The position numbers and the translations under genes were made by a program. The notes below the pieces were generated by a model. That model was not told the origin of the DNA and searched no databases. It saw only the letters and a list, made by a program, of their open reading frames with translations. This document shows, in pieces, positions 38,881 to 48,880 of a stretch of DNA of 64,000 bases; positions within the stretch are counted from its first letter, which is position 1; each line of letters opens with the position of its first letter. The stretch lies in assembly GCA_033764015.1 (NCBI GenBank), contig JANRJK010000039.1, positions 1 through 64,000 of the forward strand, written 5' to 3'. This stretch comes from Candidatus Sumerlaeia bacterium. GTDB taxonomy: Bacteria > Sumerlaeota > Sumerlaeia > SLMS01 > JANRJK01.

Positions 38881-39611
38881 CAGCCCTTACCCCCTTCCAG
38901 CAGGTCGTGCCGGCGCAGGAAGCTGTAGGCGTTGGCGGCGCGGTGCGCGGCGCGGGCGTAGCCCTGCGGCAGCGCCGCCGAAGGCGGCGCGACCTCCGAG
39001 GGCGCCGTCGCGAGGTCGGCCACCACCTGCGCCATCGCCTTCTGGCTGCGTCCGAACCCCATGTCCACCGCGCACGCGGAGCTTTCCTCGAGCGTGTCGA
39101 GGAAGTGCCGCAGTGTCGCGTCGCTCCGGTTCATCATCGCGGGGAAATCGAACATGGCCGTGTCCAGCCGCGGCGTCACCGGCGAGGACTTGCGCACCAG
39201 GTCTACCCATCGCGTCAGCGTGCCGTCGACGCGCTCGACCTCCATCAGCACCAGCGCGGCGATGTCGTTCCAGGGGCAGAAGATCGGCTGGCCGGCGAAG
39301 TCGGTCAGCGCCATGCCCCCGCCGCCGTGGCGGGCGTCCTTCACCCAGATGAAGAGGTGCCCGCGGAGCGCGCCGTCGGAGACCACGAATGCTCGCGCGC
39401 CGAAGGCCTCGAGCTGCTGCTTGAGGCCCTCCGCGTTCGCCACCTTCGCGAACCGCCGCAGGACCGTGTAGCCGGGCGACTTGAACAGGCCGGGGACGTT
39501 CGCCTCCTCCTCTTGGAGCAGGCGCGCCACGGGGCGCGCGGGCAGTTCCAGCTCCGGCGGCTGCGGCGGCAGGATCAGGTAGTAGGTTTGCTGCGGTGCC
39601 GGTGCGGCCAT
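38880..39611 (-). CDS. Hypothetical protein, translationally coupled to lpxK
   Basis: Protein-like 243-aa frame (MAAPAPQQTYY…LLEGGKG); its stop overlaps the lpxK ATG (TGATG-type overlap). Confidence 0.6.
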   Translation of the reverse strand: MAAPAPQQTYYLILPPQPPELELPARPVARLLQEEEANVPGLFKSPGYTVLRRFAKVANAEGLKQQLEAFGARAFVVSDGALRGHLFIWVKDARHGGGGMALTDFAGQPIFCPWNDIAALVLMEVERVDGTLTRWVDLVRKSSPVTPRLDTAMFDFPAMMNRSDATLRHFLDTLEESSACAVDMGFGRSQKAMAQVVADLATAPSEVAPPSAALPQGYARAAHRAANAYSFLRRHDLLEGGKG

Positions 39612-39679
39612 TGCGCGAGCCTCGCTGCGGTGCGTGATGCGACCACGCAACGCCCCCGTGCAACGCGGGGCAAGGGCCG

Positions 39680-40834
39680 CTACCGCGCGGCCGCGGCGAA
39701 CAGCGCCTCGACGAACGCGAGCGGCTCGAAGTCCCGCAGGTCGTCGATCCCCTCGCCGACCCCCACGAGCGTAACCGGGATGTCGAAGCGGTCGCGCAGC
39801 GTCACCAGCACGCCGCCCTTCGCGGTCCCGTCCAGCTTTGTCATCACAATGCCCGTGATCGGCACCGACTTCGAGAACTCCGCCACCTGGTTGACGGCGT
39901 TCTGCCCCGTCGTCGCGTCGATCACGATCAGCGTCTCGTGGGGCGCGGCGGGAATCTGCTTCTTGATCACGCGGGAGACCTTCTCGAGCTCCGCCATCAG
40001 GTTGCTCTTGGTGTGCAGACGCCCCGCGGTGTCGATCAGCACCACATCGCAGGCCCGCACCGAGGGCCGCTGGAGCGCGTCGAAGACCAGCGAGCCGGCG
40101 TCCGCTCCGTGCGGCGCCTTGACGATCTCCGCGCCGGACCGCGCCGCCCACACGTCGAGCTGCTCCACCGCCGCCGCCCGGAACGTGTCGCCGGCCACCA
40201 GCGCCACCTTGAGCCCCTCGTCCGCGAAGCGCTTCGCCATCTTGCCGATCGTCGTCGTCTTCCCGACGCCGTTCACCCCGACGACCATGACGACGTAGGG
40301 CGGCGCGACGCCGCGGGGATCGACCGACCGTCCGCGGCGCAGGAACACGCGCGCGATCTCGTCCTTCACCGCGGCCATCACCGCGTCGCGGCCCTCGATG
40401 CGCTCGCGCCGCGCCCGCTCCCGCAGGCGCGAGACGATCTTGCCCGTCGTCTCCATCGATACGTCGCTCTGGATGAGCACCTCTTCGATCGTGTCGAGGG
40501 TTTCCGAGTCCAGCTTGGCGCCGATGCCGAGGACGCTGCGCAGGCGCCCGGTGAGCGAACTCGAAGCCTTGCCGAGCCTCTCCGTCAGCCGCGCGAACCA
40601 CCCGCCTCCCGGCTCTTCCGGCATCGGCTCGGCGCCGACCTTCTTGCCGCCGCCGAACAGGCCGCGCAGCAAGCCACGCTTCGCTTCCGGCGCCGGCTCC
40701 GCAGGGGAGGGAGCCGGGTCAGCGGCCGCCGGGGCGCCCTGCTCCTTCTTCCACTCGACGACGCGGCTGAAGAACCCCGGCCGCAACTCGCGCTCCGTCG
40801 GCTGCTCCTGCGCTTCCCGCGGTTCCTCGGACAT
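39680..40834 (-). CDS. ftsY: Signal recognition particle receptor FtsY
   Basis: GVNGVGKTTTIGK, DTFRAAA, DTAGRLH and TKLDGTAKGG. Confidence 0.97.
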   Translation of the reverse strand: MSEEPREAQEQPTERELRPGFFSRVVEWKKEQGAPAAADPAPSPAEPAPEAKRGLLRGLFGGGKKVGAEPMPEEPGGGWFARLTERLGKASSSLTGRLRSVLGIGAKLDSETLDTIEEVLIQSDVSMETTGKIVSRLRERARRERIEGRDAVMAAVKDEIARVFLRRGRSVDPRGVAPPYVVMVVGVNGVGKTTTIGKMAKRFADEGLKVALVAGDTFRAAAVEQLDVWAARSGAEIVKAPHGADAGSLVFDALQRPSVRACDVVLIDTAGRLHTKSNLMAELEKVSRVIKKQIPAAPHETLIVIDATTGQNAVNQVAEFSKSVPITGIVMTKLDGTAKGGVLVTLRDRFDIPVTLVGVGEGIDDLRDFEPLAFVEALFAAAAR

Positions 40835-40838
40835 CCGG

Positions 40839-41567
40839 TCAGCCCCGCCCTTCGACGAGCGCCACCATGTCGCGCACCGCGCGGTCCATCCCGGCGAACA
40901 CGGCGCGGCCCACGATCGCGTGGCCGATGTTCAGCTCGTTCATTCCCTCGATCCGCGCCACGGGGACCACGTTGCGGTAGTTGAGCCCGTGCCCGGCGTT
41001 CACCACGAGGCCGAGCGCCCGCGCCTCCGAGCACGCCCGCTCCAGCCTCGCGAACTCCTCCGCCGCGCCGGCGGGGGAGTGGTCGTAGAGTTCGCAATAG
41101 CGTCCCGTGTGGAACTCCACGTGCGTCGCGCCGAGCGCGGCGGACGCCCGGATATGCTCGCTATCCGGATCGATGAACATGCTCACGGCGACGCCCAGCG
41201 CCCGGAGCGCCGCGGTCCCCCCAGCGAGCGCGGGACCGGCGCCGGCGACGTCGAGGCCCCCCTCGGTGGTGACCTCCTCCCGGCGTTCCGGCACGTAGGT
41301 CACTTGGTGCGGGCGCAGGCGGGACGCGATGGCCAGCATCTCGGCCGTGCAGGCCATCTCCATGTTGAGGAGCCCCTTCACCGTGGCCTTCAACAGCTCG
41401 GCGTCCCGGTCCGTGATGTGGCGGCGGTCCTCGCGGAGGTGGAAGGTGATGCCGCATGCGCCGGCGAGTTCGCAAAGCGCCGCCGCGTGCACCGGATCCG
41501 GCTCGGTGATGCGGCGCGCGTTGCGGACCGTCGCGACGTGGTCGATGTTGACGCAGAGCTTCGCCAT
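40839..41567 (-). CDS. pdxJ: Pyridoxine 5'-phosphate synthase
   Basis: [35 protein letters not shown] and ELNIGH. Confidence 0.96.
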   Translation of the reverse strand: MAKLCVNIDHVATVRNARRITEPDPVHAAALCELAGACGITFHLREDRRHITDRDAELLKATVKGLLNMEMACTAEMLAIASRLRPHQVTYVPERREEVTTEGGLDVAGAGPALAGGTAALRALGVAVSMFIDPDSEHIRASAALGATHVEFHTGRYCELYDHSPAGAAEEFARLERACSEARALGLVVNAGHGLNYRNVVPVARIEGMNELNIGHAIVGRAVFAGMDRAVRDMVALVEGRG

Positions 41568-41576
41568 GGGCGTGTG

Positions 41577-42653
41577 CTACTCCAGTTCTCTCGGATCAGG
41601 CCCCGGAGTCCGGGAAGCCTCGATGGAGACGCGGACCGTCCGCGGCGAGTTCTCCACCTGCAGGGACGCGCCGGCGCGGGCCTCCTCGCGGACAGTCACG
41701 CGCACCGGCACCTCCTGGGTGCTCCCCGCCTCCTCAAGCACATCCGAGACCGTTGCGAAGAGATCCTCCGGGCCGAGCGCGGCGACCACGCTCCGCGGGC
41801 CCGAGACCGTCACGGAGACGTTCGCGGGGAAGACCGTCGCGTCCAGCCCCGCGAGCACCGGCGTGTACGGCACCGGCACTCCGGTGAAGGTCCGCGACGT
41901 GCTCGATTCGATCAGCTCGACGGTGACCGACACGCTTTGCGGCGAAACCGCCGGCAGCGGCTTGATCCCCTCGTTGACCGGGTACTCCACCCGCACCCGC
42001 TCCTCCACAAGCCGGGTGCGCCCTTCGAGGGACACCTGCTCCGTGCGCAGGACCGGCGCGACATCCTCACCGCTCGCGAGGCGCTGCTCGACCCGCTCCG
42101 TGATGGCGGCGCGGACCTTCGGGGGTTCGACCACCATCGTATCGAGCGACGCCTCGTACCCCTCCGCCGGGGAGCCGGTCACCAGCGGCGCCACATCGAA
42201 CTCCCAGATCCGGTAGCGCGCGTACCAGACGATGCGCTTCACGTCCCGGAGTCCGGTCGGCATCATCCCCTCCGGCGGGGTGAAGCCCGGCTTCGGCACC
42301 ACGTCCGCCACGGTGATCGCCTCCGAGTCCTCGCGCTGCAGGTCCGAATTGGGGTCCGGCCGAACGCGCGAGCCACGGACCTCGACCCGCCAGTCGGCCG
42401 GCGACAGCAGCCGCTCCGCGACGTTCGGAAAGGTGAAGACCACCGGCACGGTCCGCGTGGCGTCGTCCAGGTCGAATTCGATCGTTTCGTCCAGCCCCAC
42501 GACGACCACCGGGATGTTGAGCGTGGTCGTCGAGGTGTCCTGGTTCTTGACGATGAACCAGACGAGGATGCCGAGGAGGAGCGAGGCCGCGGCGGTGCCG
42601 AGCCATCCCCCCCGCTCGGCGCCGGCGGCGCGCTCAGCGCCCTGCTTCGCCAT
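41577..42653 (-). CDS. cdaR: CdaR/YbbR-domain regulator of diadenylate cyclase
   Basis: N-terminal TM helix, repeated YbbR-like beta modules (PANVSVTVSGPRS), and position directly after cdaA. Confidence 0.75.
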   Translation of the reverse strand: MAKQGAERAAGAERGGWLGTAAASLLLGILVWFIVKNQDTSTTTLNIPVVVVGLDETIEFDLDDATRTVPVVFTFPNVAERLLSPADWRVEVRGSRVRPDPNSDLQREDSEAITVADVVPKPGFTPPEGMMPTGLRDVKRIVWYARYRIWEFDVAPLVTGSPAEGYEASLDTMVVEPPKVRAAITERVEQRLASGEDVAPVLRTEQVSLEGRTRLVEERVRVEYPVNEGIKPLPAVSPQSVSVTVELIESSTSRTFTGVPVPYTPVLAGLDATVFPANVSVTVSGPRSVVAALGPEDLFATVSDVLEEAGSTQEVPVRVTVREEARAGASLQVENSPRTVRVSIEASRTPGPDPRELE

Positions 42654-43437
42654 CGTCGTCCTCCTCGTCGAGGTCGAAGAGCGCCTTCAGCTTGCTGCGG
42701 AGCGACTCCGCGGTCTCCGGGCGCTCGATGCGCCCGTCGCGCGCCAGCGAAATCACGCCGGTCTCCTCCGAGCACACCAGCACCACGGCGTCCGTCTCCT
42801 CTGCGAGGCCCAACGCCGCGCGGTGCCGCGTGCCGAGGTCCTTGGGGATCGACGTCGACTCGGACAGCGGCAGCAGGCACCCCGCCGCGAAGACCCGGTT
42901 GTTGCGGATGATCACCGCGCCGTCGTGCAGCGGCGTGTAGAGGGCGAAAATCGTGCGGAGCAGCTCCACGGAAACCGCCGCGTCGAGCTCCGTCCCGGTC
43001 TCCGCGTAGGAGCGGAGCGAGTCGTCGCGCTGGATGGCGATCAGCGCGCCGGTCTTCTTCTCGGCGAGCCGGGTGGCGGCGACGATGATGTCCTCGATCG
43101 CCGTCGTCCGTTGCGCGAAGAAGCTCCGGAAGAGCGGACGGCGCCCGAGGTCCGTGAGTCCGCGCTTGATCTCGTTCTGGAAGCAGATGAGGAACACGAG
43201 GATCAGCACGATCCAGAGGTTCTCGAACAGGCGCACCGTGGCGGAGAGGCCGAGCTGCTGGGCGACCGTGTAGAGGAGGAATCCGCCGAGCGTCGAGATG
43301 ACGAGACCCCGCAGCGCCAGCGGCGACCGGCTCTCGCGGATCACACTAAGCAGCAGGAAGAACGCGAACGACACCAGGAGGATGTCGATCGCGTCGCTCC
43401 AAGTCAGCGCGCCGAGGGTGGGGAACAGGTCGTCCAT
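42634..43437 (-). CDS. cdaA: Membrane diadenylate cyclase CdaA
   Basis: Three TM helices, FQNEIKRGL, TPLHDGA and LGTRHRAALG. Confidence 0.95.
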   Translation of the reverse strand: MDDLFPTLGALTWSDAIDILLVSFAFFLLLSVIRESRSPLALRGLVISTLGGFLLYTVAQQLGLSATVRLFENLWIVLILVFLICFQNEIKRGLTDLGRRPLFRSFFAQRTTAIEDIIVAATRLAEKKTGALIAIQRDDSLRSYAETGTELDAAVSVELLRTIFALYTPLHDGAVIIRNNRVFAAGCLLPLSESTSIPKDLGTRHRAALGLAEETDAVVLVCSEETGVISLARDGRIERPETAESLRSKLKALFDLDEEDDDGEAGR

Positions 43438-43497
43438 GGAGAGCAAGCTAGCGGAGGCGCGACGCGCCGCGGCAAGCGCCAAGGCGCCCCAAACAGC

Positions 43498-43526
43498 GCG
43501 GGCGGGCCCTCGATGGGCCCGCCCGC
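43498..43526 (-). terminator. Strong hairpin downstream of the paired hypothetical genes
   Basis: gcgggcgggccc (43498-43509) / gggcccgcccgc (43515-43526): a 12-bp stem with a short U-tract on the minus strand. Confidence 0.5.
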
Positions 43527-43563
43527 CATGGGTTCGGAAAGGGGGGAGCCCCCGGTGCCGCGG

Positions 43564-44280
43564 TTACTCGTCCCCGAGCGGGATCTGCAACTGCTCCATG
43601 CGCGGCGAGCGGAGGCTGATCTCCTTCAGCGCGACGATCAGGTGGTGCTCCACCCGGTCGGAGGAGTCGCGGAACTCTCCGCGCTGCAGGCGCTCCATGC
43701 GGGCGGCGACGCCGTCCAGCACTTCGCCGTAGGCCTCGATCTCCGGGGCCACCTGCGGATCGGCGACCTGCACCGTGATCAGGTCGTAGATGAAGTTGGC
43801 GAAGGCCTCGCGGCCGTTCTCCGTCGCCAGCGTGGCGGCGAGCGCTTCGATGTCCGCCTTGTGCTCGTCGATCGCGGTGTCGACCAGCGCTTCGATCCGC
43901 GCCTGGAGGTAGTCCGCCTCGGCGTCCATGCGCCGGTCGATCTCCTTCATCAGCTCCTGGCGGCCCTCGGGAATGAAGGCGACCAGCTCGTCGACGCTCT
44001 CGTTGATGAGTTCCGGACCGCGGGTGCGGATCTCCGCGACCGCCGCGCGGCGTATGGCGGGGATCTGCCGCTCGATGGCCTGCGTGGCCATGAGCACCAG
44101 CGACTCCTTGTTGGTCATTTCGATCACCATCGACCGGAGCCAGGTGAGATAGCCCGAGAAGATCACGATCAGCACGACGTAGGCGGCGATCGTGATGGTC
44201 TTCGCCGAGCTGGCGGATTCGATCTGCTGGTTCAGTTTCTTCTCGAGCGAATCGAGGGACTGCTGGGTGTTGTCAGCCAT
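43564..44280 (-). CDS. Hypothetical single-TM all-helical protein
   Basis: GGAGG RBS; TM segment ITIAAYVVLIVIFSGYLTWL; Glu/Ala-rich amphipathic helices. Confidence 0.75.
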   Translation of the reverse strand: MADNTQQSLDSLEKKLNQQIESASSAKTITIAAYVVLIVIFSGYLTWLRSMVIEMTNKESLVLMATQAIERQIPAIRRAAVAEIRTRGPELINESVDELVAFIPEGRQELMKEIDRRMDAEADYLQARIEALVDTAIDEHKADIEALAATLATENGREAFANFIYDLITVQVADPQVAPEIEAYGEVLDGVAARMERLQRGEFRDSSDRVEHHLIVALKEISLRSPRMEQLQIPLGDE

Positions 44281-44295
44281 TTCTCTGGGCCTCCG

Positions 44296-45078
44296 TCACT
44301 TCGCCGCCGCGAGGGCGGTCGGGGAGTCGCCTGCGGCGCTGGAAACGGTCTGCGCGTCCGAGAACGCGAAGCGCGCGCCGATCAGCTCGACCAGCAGGCC
44401 GAACGTGTGGTTCAGCAACTGGTCGTTCGTCATGTCCTTCAACTCCGCGGGGACCTCGAAGCCGTCGAACGCCTCGCCCGCGCGCAGGATCGCCTTGCGG
44501 TGCGTGTCGAAGTGGTCGCGGAGCACCCGGGCGGTCGCGTCGTCGAGCGCGAGCTGGAGGTTCTTGAACGCCTCCTCCTGCGAGCGTTCGTCCGCCAGCG
44601 TCGGGAAGTCCTCCTTCAGCTTCGCCACGTACTTGTCGTTCAGGGCCGCGCCGCGCGTCGCCAGTTCCTCGTCGAACTTCAGCTTCAGGTCGGAGCCGAG
44701 CTGCACGGCCTCCGCCTCCAGCGTCGCCGCGATACGCTGCACCGCCACCGGGACCTCGTTCGCGACGGTCTCCTCGATGAACGGCTTCAGGTCCTTCTCG
44801 AACATGTCCTTGGCCTCGGCCTGCAGCTTGGGCGCGATCGACTCCTCGATCTGCTGCTGCATCGCCACGGCATAGTCCATGCGGCGGTTGTAGAGGTCGA
44901 GCAACGGCTCCAGGAGCCGGTACACGAGGAACAGCAGGATGACGCTGAGGATCACCGTCATCAGGCGTCCCGTGTTCTTTACGGAGGCGGAAACCTTGAG
45001 GTACTCGTCGAACCGGTCCTCGATGCGCCGGACCTGGCCCTCAATGTTCCCACCGGATGGGGTCCCCGTGGATGCCAT
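44296..45078 (-). CDS. Hypothetical single-TM all-helical protein (probable paralog of 43564-44280)
   Basis: GGAGG RBS before ATG 45078; TM segment LMTVILSVILLFLVYRLL; amphipathic helices. Confidence 0.75.
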   Translation of the reverse strand: MASTGTPSGGNIEGQVRRIEDRFDEYLKVSASVKNTGRLMTVILSVILLFLVYRLLEPLLDLYNRRMDYAVAMQQQIEESIAPKLQAEAKDMFEKDLKPFIEETVANEVPVAVQRIAATLEAEAVQLGSDLKLKFDEELATRGAALNDKYVAKLKEDFPTLADERSQEEAFKNLQLALDDATARVLRDHFDTHRKAILRAGEAFDGFEVPAELKDMTNDQLLNHTFGLLVELIGARFAFSDAQTVSSAAGDSPTALAAAK

Positions 45079-45156
45079 GGGGTACACCTCCATGTTTGGG
45101 ATTGTGCGTAAGCATTCACCGGGATGGTCAGGCGCTTCGGGCCGAAGGGGACAACG

Positions 45157-45186
45157 AAAAACCGCCGCTCCTTCCGGGACGGCGGT
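45157..45186 (-). terminator. Rho-independent terminator
   Basis: Stem accgccg/cggcggt followed by UUUUU on the minus strand, after the lipoprotein gene. Confidence 0.65.
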
Positions 45187-45215
45187 CCTCCTGCGGGCGG
45201 TCCGTGGTCGGCGCG

Positions 45216-46082
45216 TCAGGGCTCGGTGTCGGATTCCAGCGCCACTTCGAGGCGGTCGATGACGAGGTTTCGCGCCGGGTCGCCCTTCGTTTGCACGATG
45301 CGCGCGGGCGGCGCGTCGGTTGCGTCGCCAGCCCACACGATGGCGATCTCGTTCACCGCGCCGTTGGCCCGGTTCGTCATGCGGCAGAGCGTCGCCCGGC
45401 CTTGCGCGTCGCGCTCCACCACCACCTCCGTCGATGCGGGATCCATCTTCTCGGCTGCGGCGACGTAGTCGCGCGCCAGCGCCTCCGGCAGGAGCTTCAT
45501 CCGCATCGCCGCCGTGGGCAGGCCGGGCTCACCGACGCCGGCGCCCTCCGTCATCGAGCGCATCACGTAGTTCCCCGCGCCGTCGAATCGGTACAGCACC
45601 CGGGCCTTCAGGTTCTGCGGCGCGGTCGGCGCGTCGTCCAGCGTCTCGGTGCCGTCCAGCGCGACGAGGTGCCGGACCGGACCCTCGACCGTTTCCAGCA
45701 CCACGTCCTCCGCGCCGTCCGCGTACCGGTAAACCGTGGTCCGCTGCACTTGGTACGGGATGTCCCGCCCGGTCGCTTCGTCGCGGCGGCTCGGCAGGCG
45801 GAGCACGTAGGCGAGTTGCTTGCCGTCGCGCGTGCCCATGCCGCGCTTCAGTTCCGTGGAGGTCTTCGCGGGGAACTCGTTCCGCGAAGTGAAGACCAGT
45901 GTGCGGGCAAGCTCCTTGCCGGCGATCGGCACGTCGGTTACGACTTCGTTGTTCATGGCGGGAGTGGCCTCGGGTGGCGTGACGATGTCGAGTTGCCTTG
46001 GCTTTCCGGGTTGTTCGTCGCGGCAGGCGGTCGCCGCCAGCGCCGCTAGGATGCAAAAAGTGATCGCGAAGGGCCGTATCAT
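45216..46082 (-). CDS. Hypothetical lipoprotein
   Basis: MIRPFAITFCILAALAATA-C lipobox-like signal; starts 2 nt after the ychF stop. Confidence 0.65.
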   Translation of the reverse strand: MIRPFAITFCILAALAATACRDEQPGKPRQLDIVTPPEATPAMNNEVVTDVPIAGKELARTLVFTSRNEFPAKTSTELKRGMGTRDGKQLAYVLRLPSRRDEATGRDIPYQVQRTTVYRYADGAEDVVLETVEGPVRHLVALDGTETLDDAPTAPQNLKARVLYRFDGAGNYVMRSMTEGAGVGEPGLPTAAMRMKLLPEALARDYVAAAEKMDPASTEVVVERDAQGRATLCRMTNRANGAVNEIAIVWAGDATDAPPARIVQTKGDPARNLVIDRLEVALESDTEP

Positions 46083-46084
46083 GG

Positions 46085-47185
46085 TTACGCCCCGACCCGG
46101 AAGAAGCACACGTCGCCGTCCTTCATGACGTACTCCTTCCCTTCCACGCGCAGCTTCCCGGCGTCCCGCGCGGCGTTCCAACTGCCCGCCGCGATCAAGT
46201 CGTCGTAGCCGACAACCTCCGCGCGGATATAGGTCTTCTCGAAGTCCGAGTGGATCACGCCGGCGCAGGCCGGCGCCTTCCAGCCGCGGTGGTACGTCCA
46301 GGCGCGGACCTCCTTTTCGCCGCCGGTGAAGAAGGTCTCCAGCCCCAGCAGGCGGTAAGCGGCGTGCGTCAGGCGGTCCAGCCCGCTCTCCGTGAGGCCC
46401 AACTCCACCAGGAAGTCCCGCTTCTCCTCCTCGGAAAGCTCGGCGATTTCGGATTCGACCTTCGCGGAGATGGAGACATGCTCGGCGCCGAGCGAGGCCG
46501 CGTGCGCCGCGACCGCCTTCACGCGGTCCAGTTCCTCCGCCCGCGCCACGTCGCCCTCGCCCACGTTGCACACGAAGAGGAAGGGCTTCGCCGTCAGCAG
46601 GCAAAGCTCCTTCAGCACCGCCGCCTCATCCTCATTCTCCGCGGCGACTCGGTTCGCGAGCTTCCCCGATTCCAAATGCGCCTTCAGCCGCGAGAGGAAC
46701 TCGTATTCCTTCGCGGCGTCCTTGTGCGCCTTCGCCGCGCGCGAGGTGCGGTCGATCCGCTTCTCCAGCGTGGCGAGGTCGGCGAAGATCAGCTCGAGGT
46801 TGATGGTGTCGATGTCCGAAACCGGATCGATCTCCCCATGCACGTGGACCACGTCGTCGTCGTCGAAGCAGCGCACCACGCCGATGATCGCGTCGACCTC
46901 GCGGATGTGCGAAAGGAACTGGTTGCCGAGGCCCTCGCCCTTAGACGCGCCCCGGACCAGTCCGGCGATGTCCACGAACTGGAAGGTCGTCGGGACGGTC
47001 TGCTTGGGCTTGAAGATGCCGGTCAGCACCGCGAGGCGGGAATCCGGCACCTCGACGATGCCCACATTGGGTTCGATGGTGCAGAAGGGGTAGTTGGCCG
47101 CCTCCGCGCCAGCATTGGTGATGGCGTTGAAGAGGGTGCTCTTGCCGACGTTGGGCAAACCGACGATTCCCGCCTGAAGCGGCAT
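46085..47185 (-). CDS. ychF: Redox-regulated ATPase YchF
   Basis: GIVGLPNVGKSTLFNA, NYPFCTIEPN, DIAGLV and EGKEYVMKDGD. Confidence 0.97.
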   Translation of the reverse strand: MPLQAGIVGLPNVGKSTLFNAITNAGAEAANYPFCTIEPNVGIVEVPDSRLAVLTGIFKPKQTVPTTFQFVDIAGLVRGASKGEGLGNQFLSHIREVDAIIGVVRCFDDDDVVHVHGEIDPVSDIDTINLELIFADLATLEKRIDRTSRAAKAHKDAAKEYEFLSRLKAHLESGKLANRVAAENEDEAAVLKELCLLTAKPFLFVCNVGEGDVARAEELDRVKAVAAHAASLGAEHVSISAKVESEIAELSEEEKRDFLVELGLTESGLDRLTHAAYRLLGLETFFTGGEKEVRAWTYHRGWKAPACAGVIHSDFEKTYIRAEVVGYDDLIAAGSWNAARDAGKLRVEGKEYVMKDGDVCFFRVGA

Positions 47186-47285
47186 GGGGGCCTCGCTCTT
47201 GGAGTGGCTTTTGGGGGCCGGCGCGGCGGCCCGCCCCCCTTGATCGGTTCCCCCCGCCGCGCGGGCAAGAGCGGAACCGCCCCGG

Positions 47286-48821
47286 CTACCGGACTAGCAG
47301 TCCCTCGCCGCGCCGCGCGAGGTCCGTCTCCACGCGCATCGTCATCAGGAACCCGTCCGCCCCGCCGTTGCTGGTTCGCGCCGTTGCGTCCGGCGGCCCG
47401 AAAATGCAGATGCCCTCGAACGAGCCCGCCAGCACCAGGCGGCCGTCATTCATCAGCTTCAGGTGCGAAGCGGTCTCGTTGCCCGTGCCGCCGATCTGGT
47501 GGGCCGCGATCGCGCCGCCGTCCGAGACGCGGAAGAGCGCCACGACCATGTCGCTCCCCCCCCGCGATTCCAGAAACGGGAAGCCAAGGTAGGAGAGCGT
47601 GTTCTCGAACGAGGAGACGGTGGCGGCGAGTCCCGCGTCGGGGAGGTACACCAGGTCCTGGGCGTAGTTGGCCCCTTCGCTGTTCAAGGCGCTTACCCAA
47701 AGGAGGCGGCCGTCGCCCCGCCGGGCCTTGGCGATGAACGTATCGGTCGCGGAGCCGACAGTGTTGAGGACCCGCGTGCTTCCGTCCGCCATCTGGAAGC
47801 CCGCGCCGTTGCTGTAGTTCCCTGCGAAGAGGAAATCCCCCGAGGGCAGCGCCTCCACATGGAACGCGTCGTCCCCGAGCGTGCCTCCGTGAGCCAGCGC
47901 CCACACCAGTTCGCCGTCGCCGTCGAACTCCGCCGTGAGGATGTCGAAGTCGCCCGCGCCGGTGAGCGTCGCCTCCGACGGGCGCCCGCACGCGAGTTTC
48001 GAGGTTCCGCTGAACTTCCCCACCGTCACGATGTGGCCGTCGGCGAACCGCGACACCGCCGAATAGAAGTCCTCGCGCTCCCCGCAGTTCGCCGTCACCC
48101 ACGCCAGCGACCCGTCGCCACGGTACTTCGCGATCGTGCCGTCGAAGAACTTGTTCGTCTCCGGGTGGGTGAACTGGTCCGGCTGCCCCGTGCGGAACGT
48201 CAGCGAGCCCCGTCCCCACACGCATGCGAAGAAATCCAGCCCGCGTCCTGGCGCGAACTCCCGGCAGAGGCTCGTCAGCGGCCCGCTGATCCATTCGGTC
48301 CATTCGAAGCCAAGCCCGCCCGGCTCCACCGCTAGCAGCACCGGATCGAAGGACCCATCCACCGAGGACAAGCTGTACGGCGTCGTCGTCTCGGCCCCGA
48401 TGGTTGTGGCGCCGGAGACGCCCAGGCTTGCGAGGATCGTCCCGTCCGGAAGAGCGCCGAGCTCGGGCGCCTCCTGGATCTGCGGGCCCCGCGCCGTGAA
48501 CACCCAGTCCACCGCGTTCGTGTCGATGTCCATGCGCGCGAAGAAGACGTCGCCGTTCCCTTGGTGCTGCAGGGTGAAAGAGCCCCCACCGGTCCGAGGG
48601 AGAGTGAAGTTTCCGTAATACGAACCCCCGAAGATCACATCCGAACCGCCTCCGTACGGGAGGATCGGGAATGCGAACTGGTCGTTCAGCGATCCGAAGG
48701 TCAGCACGCGGTCGGTCGTGATGGTCGTCTGCGCGCGGGCGGCGTGTGGCAATCCTGCAACGACAATCGAAGCGGCGCACAGTACGGCGCGCCGCGACCC
48801 CGGGAATCCAAATCGAAACAT
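47286..48821 (-). CDS. Secreted beta-propeller repeat protein (SBBP-like)
   Basis: Signal peptide …PHAARA-Q; repeats of G-x-F…G-x-x-D-x-F-x-A-K/R…G-x-x-x-W; ends EGLLVR*. Confidence 0.7.
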   Translation of the reverse strand: MFRFGFPGSRRAVLCAASIVVAGLPHAARAQTTITTDRVLTFGSLNDQFAFPILPYGGGSDVIFGGSYYGNFTLPRTGGGSFTLQHQGNGDVFFARMDIDTNAVDWVFTARGPQIQEAPELGALPDGTILASLGVSGATTIGAETTTPYSLSSVDGSFDPVLLAVEPGGLGFEWTEWISGPLTSLCREFAPGRGLDFFACVWGRGSLTFRTGQPDQFTHPETNKFFDGTIAKYRGDGSLAWVTANCGEREDFYSAVSRFADGHIVTVGKFSGTSKLACGRPSEATLTGAGDFDILTAEFDGDGELVWALAHGGTLGDDAFHVEALPSGDFLFAGNYSNGAGFQMADGSTRVLNTVGSATDTFIAKARRGDGRLLWVSALNSEGANYAQDLVYLPDAGLAATVSSFENTLSYLGFPFLESRGGSDMVVALFRVSDGGAIAAHQIGGTGNETASHLKLMNDGRLVLAGSFEGICIFGPPDATARTSNGGADGFLMTMRVETDLARRGEGLLVR

Positions 48822-48880
48822 AAGGCCACCCCCTCGAATCCGCCTCGCGGGCGAAAAGCCTGCCAGTGGCGGCTTGTCCG

